Source: a virus (lineage: Duplodnaviria > Caudoviricetes). From it: DNA of 30,796 nt. The translations under genes were made by a program, and so were the position numbers. The stretch covers positions 1 through 30,796 of the IMG/VR virus record IMGVR_UViG_3300032277_000050. One strand, 5' to 3'. Shown piece after piece: positions 25,335-30,796 of the stretch (positions are counted from its first letter, which is position 1; each line of letters begins with the position of its first letter). The notes under the pieces were generated by a model. It was given only the letters and a program-made list of their open reading frames with translations, did not search any database and had not been told where the DNA came from.

Positions 25335-27010
25335 TGGCACAGACAGCATTAAAAGACGAAGAATTTACCTTTCCTGCGGGGGGTATTGCCGACTTCTATA
25401 TGGAAGACGATGAAATCGCGACACTTGAGCGGGAAGAAGCCGAGCAGGCTTTTGGAAAATCAGGTATTGCTGAATTTGGGGAAGTAGCGTCTCGCATGGC
25501 TTCGTATGGCCGTGGCGGGGATGACACCATTGCTCACGTTGCCACCGGCGAAATTATCATACCGTTGCCGTTGATTGAAAACAATCCACGGATGAAGGCC
25601 TCTATCTTTAACCATTTGCGTGAGCTTGGCGTTGAAGATCCAGAGCAATATGTAGTGGGCTCTTCTGCTAACTCTATCAACCCTGAGACCGGCCTTGCCG
25701 AATTTGGCTGGTTTAAGAAATTAGTTAAAAAAGTCAAAAAAACCGTTAAGAAGGTCGTTAAAACTGTTAAAAAAGTTGTTAAAAAAGTAGCGCCTATTGT
25801 TCTTCCTATTATCGGTTCCATGTTCCTCGGCCCTATTTACGGAGCAGCGCTTGGTTCTGGTATCGCTACCTTGATAAATGGAGGAGATTTAAAAGACGCC
25901 TTTAAGTCGGCATTGATTTCTGGTGGTACAGGTGCCTTGTTCTCTGGCGTATCTGGCGCTATTTCGGGCGATGGATTTATGTCAGGCATTTCTAACGCTG
26001 CTAACCCAGCTAACTTGACTGAGGGCTTCTCAAATATCGGTAAGGCGTTTACCGGTGATTTCTCTGGCGCTTCTTTTGCTAACATGAAGGGTGGCCCTGC
26101 TTCAGAAGGCGGAACTAACTTTGCGGGGACTTCGGACACCGCACTTTCAACCAGCCCGTCCGGCACACCAACTTCCGTCTCAGATGTAAATACAGCGGCT
26201 ACAATTGATCCTGCGACGGGCAGGCCTCCCGTTAGTGCGGGGACACCTAACAATATGTCTTTAAGTAATTATGACGCCGCTACGGGGACGTTTAAAACTC
26301 CGCCGCCGGGTGCGGATTTATCTCTTAGTCAGCCGTCAAGCTTTATGGACACCGCTAGCGGTTACTACGACAAGACGATGGATTATTTAGTTCGTGGGGG
26401 TCAAACCGAGTCGGCGGTTAATATAGCAAAGGAGAAAGCGGGCCAAGCTTACTTAAAAGACATGGCTGCCGCAGGGATTGCCCCAACACAAGCCGGGCTA
26501 GAAGCTGCTAAAGCCGCAGCCGGTCCCGGCCTTTTAGCAACTTATGGACCTTCGGCCGCGTTAGCTGGAACAGCGGCCTATGCTACAGGTTTCTTCGACG
26601 CTCCCGACGATCCGCCGGTAGATACCCCGCCGACAGGGGAAGAACTTATTGCGGCTGATCCGGAAAAATACCGGATTGCTGACCTTGAGGTTCGCCGTTC
26701 AGAGGGTCCGACAGAGGTTGCGTCCCCCTACACGATTGTCCCCGGTCAGGGCACATTTGTTAACCCCTTCTATCGGCCACAACAATATGCGGCAGAAGGC
26801 GGCGAGATCTTCCCGCGTCGTGTTGGCGGTATTATGCCAAATGAAGGCATTCCGGGACAGGACAGCGTCCGCGCTATGCTTATGCCGGGTGAGTTTGTTA
26901 TGACGACAGATGCCGTTAAAGGACTAGGTGGCGGCAATATGCGGCAGGGCATCAATAATATGTATGACATGATGCGCGGTCTTGAGTCTCGTGGAAAGGC
27001 AATGGCGTAA
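25334..27010 (+). CDS. Putative internal virion / DNA ejection protein
   Basis: 558 aa; INPETGLAEF, cationic amphipathic helix, glycine-zipper segments, DSVRAMLMPGEFVMT module. Confidence 0.75.
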   Translation: MAQTALKDEEFTFPAGGIADFYMEDDEIATLEREEAEQAFGKSGIAEFGEVASRMASYGRGGDDTIAHVATGEIIIPLPLIENNPRMKASIFNHLRELGVEDPEQYVVGSSANSINPETGLAEFGWFKKLVKKVKKTVKKVVKTVKKVVKKVAPIVLPIIGSMFLGPIYGAALGSGIATLINGGDLKDAFKSALISGGTGALFSGVSGAISGDGFMSGISNAANPANLTEGFSNIGKAFTGDFSGASFANMKGGPASEGGTNFAGTSDTALSTSPSGTPTSVSDVNTAATIDPATGRPPVSAGTPNNMSLSNYDAATGTFKTPPPGADLSLSQPSSFMDTASGYYDKTMDYLVRGGQTESAVNIAKEKAGQAYLKDMAAAGIAPTQAGLEAAKAAAGPGLLATYGPSAALAGTAAYATGFFDAPDDPPVDTPPTGEELIAADPEKYRIADLEVRRSEGPTEVASPYTIVPGQGTFVNPFYRPQQYAAEGGEIFPRRVGGIMPNEGIPGQDSVRAMLMPGEFVMTTDAVKGLGGGNMRQGINNMYDMMRGLESRGKAMA

Positions 27011-29016
27011 TGGCTACAGAAACCCAAATTGTCCGAGAAGCCCCTGAAATTGAAGCCTATAAACTCGGGCTTCTAAAAGACGCTAAAGCTCTTGCCAACA
27101 AAGGTATTACTCTTCCTACTCAGCAAGTAGCTGGGTTTACGGATCTTCAAGACTTAGCCTTCAAAGCCGCTCAACAAGCAGGCGGAATTGGCGGCTATCA
27201 GCCCTATTTAACGCAAGCAGGCTATACAATGGGCGATGCCCAGCAGCAGCTTGGCGGTGTATATGGCGCAGCTTCACCTTATATTACAGGTGCTATGAAG
27301 ACCGCCGACCCTTATCGGCAATCCTCAGAAGCAGCGCTTTTGTCTGCAATGCGAGGCGTCCCAACTCAGGTAACAGCCGCGCAGAAGGGTATTGAGGGCG
27401 CACTTGATTATGGTCAAGCCGCTACCGGCGGCGCGTTAAGCGCGATGGACGCAGCGTCTCTCGCGGCTCGCGGCCAAGCGCAAACTGGTATTGGCAGCAT
27501 TATGGGTGCTGCCGGGTTAATTCCGGGACAGGTACAAGCAGGTCAGGCGGGTATGAGTGCCGCCGCGCAGCAGGCGGGACAGATTGCGGGTCAAGCAGGC
27601 GCTGGCTTGCGGGGATATATTCCGCGCCTTGGAACGCAGCTTAATCGGGCCACAGCCGGAGGCCTCGGAGCGGCGGGAACTGCTGGTCAACGAGCTCAGC
27701 AAGCTATTCAGGGCGCTCGCGGAATTACGGCTGGAGCCGCGCAAGACTTAGCTAGCGCAGGCCGGTTTGGGCAGATTGCGGCACAACAAGGCATAGTCGG
27801 TCTTGCCGGTGGCGCACAACAGTTTGACCCCTCTACGATTGCTCAATATATGAGCCCTTATGAAAATGCCGCCGTTCAGCAGGCTATGCAGGATATTGCA
27901 CGTCAGGGGCAGATTGCACAGCAAGGTCAGGCTGCACAAGCCGTTGGGGCAGGCGCTTTTGGCGGTTCTCGCGCGGGTGTTCAGGCCGCAGAGACAGCCC
28001 GTGCTCAGTTGGAGCAGCAGGGCCGTACAGCCGCACAAATGCGGGCGCAGGGTTACCAGAGTGCAGCGCAGCAGGCGCAGCAGGCATTTGAACAGGCTCG
28101 TGGTCGCCAGCTTCAATCAGCACAACTTCGGGGCCAGCTTGGACAGGCCGGTGCTGGAACAGCCCTTCAGGCGGCGCAACAAGCCGGTCAGTTGGGTCTA
28201 TCAGCAGAACAGCTTGCGGCACAGACGGGCCTCCAGACAGGTCAACTTGGTTTGTCCGCCCAACAGCAGGCCGCAGCAAACGCCGCGCAATTTGCTCAAA
28301 TGGGTATGTCAGCAGAAGAGATCGCAGCCCGCACTGGTCTTTCTGCTCAGCAGCTTAGCGGACAATTGGCGGGTCAAGCGGCTCAATTGGGCCTTACTGG
28401 CGCACAACAACAGGCGGCTATGGCCGAGCAGGCTGCGCGGCTTGGTATCTCTACCGAACAACTTGCTGCACAGATTGCCCAGCAGGGCGGTCAATTGGGT
28501 CAGGCACAAGCACAGCTTGGTCTATCTGGCGCACAAGCGGGCGGTCAATTGGGTCTTCAAGGCCAGCAGGCGCAAGCCGCTATGGCGGGCCAGATGGGAG
28601 ACCTCGGTCTTCAGTACGGTCAGTTTGGTCTACAGGGCGGTCAAGCCCTCGGCCAGCTTGGGTTGCAAGCAGGTCAAGCATTGGGTACACTGGGGCTTCA
28701 GCAAGCTAGCCTTGGTGAATTGTCGCAACAGACCGGGCTTCGGAACCTTCAGACTCAGTACGAGCTTGGGAAACAGCAGCAGGCTCAGCAGCAGGCTACT
28801 CTGGAAGCCAAACGTCAAAGCGATCTGGCTCAACTATACGAGCCGTATCAGCGTCTGTCATATTTGTCAGACATTTATAAGGGTGCTCCGTCAACGCAGC
28901 AAACCATTGCTACTTCGACTTCACCCGGTGTATCACCAGCCCAGCAGTTTATGGGTTTAGGTATCGCAGGATTATCAGCAGCAGCAGGCGCAAATAAAGC
29001 GGGGTTATTCGGATGA
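27010..29016 (+). CDS. Gln/Gly/Ala-rich putative DNA ejection (transfer) protein
   Basis: 668 aa; YMSPY...AGAFGGSR motif; GQLGL repeats; C-terminal glycine-rich hydrophobic helix. Confidence 0.75.
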   Translation: MATETQIVREAPEIEAYKLGLLKDAKALANKGITLPTQQVAGFTDLQDLAFKAAQQAGGIGGYQPYLTQAGYTMGDAQQQLGGVYGAASPYITGAMKTADPYRQSSEAALLSAMRGVPTQVTAAQKGIEGALDYGQAATGGALSAMDAASLAARGQAQTGIGSIMGAAGLIPGQVQAGQAGMSAAAQQAGQIAGQAGAGLRGYIPRLGTQLNRATAGGLGAAGTAGQRAQQAIQGARGITAGAAQDLASAGRFGQIAAQQGIVGLAGGAQQFDPSTIAQYMSPYENAAVQQAMQDIARQGQIAQQGQAAQAVGAGAFGGSRAGVQAAETARAQLEQQGRTAAQMRAQGYQSAAQQAQQAFEQARGRQLQSAQLRGQLGQAGAGTALQAAQQAGQLGLSAEQLAAQTGLQTGQLGLSAQQQAAANAAQFAQMGMSAEEIAARTGLSAQQLSGQLAGQAAQLGLTGAQQQAAMAEQAARLGISTEQLAAQIAQQGGQLGQAQAQLGLSGAQAGGQLGLQGQQAQAAMAGQMGDLGLQYGQFGLQGGQALGQLGLQAGQALGTLGLQQASLGELSQQTGLRNLQTQYELGKQQQAQQQATLEAKRQSDLAQLYEPYQRLSYLSDIYKGAPSTQQTIATSTSPGVSPAQQFMGLGIAGLSAAAGANKAGLFG

Positions 29017-30796
29017 TGAGTAGAGACATAATGCAAAGACAGATGTTTGCTAAAGGTGGTGCAGCTTTTCCTGACATGAGTGGCGATGGGCGAGTTACAC
29101 AAAAAGACATCCTGATGGGTCGTGGCGTTATCCCGATGCAAGAAGGTGGCGATCCGATGGCAATGGCAGCAATGATGCCTCCGGGAGGTGCTATGATGGG
29201 CGTGTCCAGTGTTCCAGACGAGCAGGCTATGATGATGGGTGAGCGGGCAATGGACCCCGCTATGCTGGAAGGCGCGTTGTCTCAAGTAGCTTCTAACATT
29301 GAAAACATAGACACTGCTGAAGATTATGAAAGCGTTATGAACGCAATTCGTGGCGACAATGTTCCACTTGAAGGACGTTATAACGAGCTTGCTGGGGTAG
29401 TTGGTGAAGAGGATGCCGGTCAAACCCCCGAATCCGTTTTGGCCCTCGTTCAGCCGGTTATGATGATGGCAGCCGTGGACCAAGGAATTGGTGGCTTGGC
29501 TGCCGAAGAAATGACCGCGCCTGTTGAAGGTGCGATGGCAGAAGGCATTATGTCTACTGTAGCTCCTCCACCGCAGCCCGAAATGATGGCGGCACCGCCC
29601 GCGGCCCCCGGCCCTATGATGGACCCCGCAATGATGGGAGGGCCCCCACCCGTAAATTTTAATCAAGGCGGGCTGGTCCGCCGCGGAGACAACCAGCCAG
29701 TCATAATGATGGAGACTGGTGGCGATCCTGTTGCAGCAGCGGGGCGTCTTGGCGAACTGTATGAACAGAAGATGCCTTTATATAAGTCTATTTTGGGTGA
29801 TCAAAGCGCCTCTCTTGAAGAGCAGAAAAACCTAACTCAAGCGCAAATGCTGTTTGACGTTGCGGGCGCAGCCCTTGCTTATGCAAACCCTCTTCAGGCG
29901 GAAATTCAAGCGGGCCGTAAACTGAGCCCCGCAGAGCGTCTGGCTGCGGCCGTGACGGAAACTAAGCTGCTGCCAACTATTAGCGCTCGTGCAGGCGAAC
30001 AACTAAAAGCTAAGCAGGCCGTCACCGCCGCAGAGCAGCAGATGAAGCTGTCAGCGTTGGGTGCGGCTGAAACTGGTTTGGCCGCAGAAGCTAAAGCCGC
30101 GGCTGACTTAGCTAAAACAAGACTTGAGGGAGATCAAAAAATCGCGGGTATGAATTTACAAAGCCGTCTGGATACTGAGCGACAAGAAAGAATTGAAGCA
30201 TTAAAACAATCTGGTGTATCGAAGCTTGAGGCTGAAAAACAAGCAAATCGCGAGGCTCAAGAAAGCCTTGTACAAGACAATCGTATAATTATTGAGAACT
30301 TGCGGCAAGCGGGAGACAAAAGAAGCCGAGTTTTGGCTAATGAGTTGGAACAGAAAAACATCTTGTTACGAGGCGACGTGGAGCTTTCAAAACTTGGTGT
30401 AATGCAAGAGTTTGAAATAAAGAAAATTGACACTCTTTATGGACAACAGACCGCGTTGCAAAACTCACGGCTCACGGTTCAAAAAGAGCTTGCAGCTAAC
30501 TCTGATGCAATTAAGCAAAAACAGCTTGAACTGGACACTCTTAATTCGGCCCTTACTCAAGCTCGCGCAGACAAAAAATTTCAACTCGCGCAACAAACAG
30601 AGGATAGGATTAAAAAACTTGGGGAAGATAAACTTGCTCTAGATGAACGCGAAGTAGACCTAAAAGCCGCGGCACAGAACCTTAATATGTTTGGTACTGG
30701 ACTAGAGGGTAAAATAACTACAATTCTAGCAGGACCCGAGGCTACCGAGTTGGCGGATAAATATGCGTCAGGAAAAAATATTAGCGAAGAGCAAGA
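29013..30796 (+). CDS. Large putative internal virion protein, 3'-truncated by the window edge (not in ORF track)
   Basis: ATGA overlap; hand translation MMSRDIMQRQMFAKGGAAFPDMSGDGRVTQKDILMGRG... stays open to the window end; Met/Pro-rich N-terminus then long coiled coil. Confidence 0.85.
   Translation, partial: MMSRDIMQRQMFAKGGAAFPDMSGDGRVTQKDILMGRGVIPMQEGGDPMAMAAMMPPGGAMMGVSSVPDEQAMMMGERAMDPAMLEGALSQVASNIENIDTAEDYESVMNAIRGDNVPLEGRYNELAGVVGEEDAGQTPESVLALVQPVMMMAAVDQGIGGLAAEEMTAPVEGAMAEGIMSTVAPPPQPEMMAAPPAAPGPMMDPAMMGGPPPVNFNQGGLVRRGDNQPVIMMETGGDPVAAAGRLGELYEQKMPLYKSILGDQSASLEEQKNLTQAQMLFDVAGAALAYANPLQAEIQAGRKLSPAERLAAAVTETKLLPTISARAGEQLKAKQAVTAAEQQMKLSALGAAETGLAAEAKAAADLAKTRLEGDQKIAGMNLQSRLDTERQERIEALKQSGVSKLEAEKQANREAQESLVQDNRIIIENLRQAGDKRSRVLANELEQKNILLRGDVELSKLGVMQEFEIKKIDTLYGQQTALQNSRLTVQKELAANSDAIKQKQLELDTLNSALTQARADKKFQLAQQTEDRIKKLGEDKLALDEREVDLKAAAQNLNMFGTGLEGKITTILAGPEATELADKYASGKNISEEQ

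Noticed and set aside
517-28833. Remaining short antisense and nested ORFs in the track
   Set aside because: All overlap well-supported + strand genes and lack motifs or RBS; no tRNA, rRNA, integrase or transposase was recognised either.
27860-28960. 366-aa alternative-frame + strand ORF
   Set aside because: Lies wholly inside the 27010-29016 gene; stop-poor because of CAG/GGT/GCG-rich codons; no RBS or recognisable motifs.
28875-29666. 263-aa minus-strand His-rich ORF
   Set aside because: Antisense shadow of the Met-rich 29013 ORF (ATG read as CAT).
30427-30642. 71-aa + strand ORF
   Set aside because: Out of frame within the open 29013->30796 gene.

Overview
The window is the morphogenesis half of a tailed dsDNA phage (Caudoviricetes) with a podovirus/P22-like virion plan. 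The gene order resembles marine HTVC010P-type or uncultured phages; that assignment and the host are inference from gene order and motifs, not from a search. All credible genes are on the + strand and many are coupled by TAATG/ATGA overlaps. Order: a 451-bp non-coding leader (heptamer repeats, a perfect parS palindrome, repeated operator-like palindromes), large terminase, two large unknown proteins, portal, membrane/lysis cassette (holin-like proteins, GH108 endolysin), GroES, scaffold, head proteins, major capsid, a terminator overlapping a promoter and a structured RNA, small basic proteins, adaptors, tail fibres (one with an S74 chaperone), tail tubular B-like protein, and three large ejection-type proteins (the last runs off the window). 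Three ORFs absent from the supplied track were found by hand: 7516-7662, 16385-16522 and 29013->30796. Most interesting signals: (1) a recurrent [FMYK]-x-x-G-G peptide tag in many unrelated proteins, including a micro-protein made almost only of the tag and a protein with an ADP-ribosyltransferase-like domain, suggesting a virion cargo-tagging or processing system; (2) a perfect chromosomal-type parS site upstream of terL; (3) a terminator/promoter/RNA element after the capsid gene; (4) a cecropin-like cationic helix in an ejection protein.
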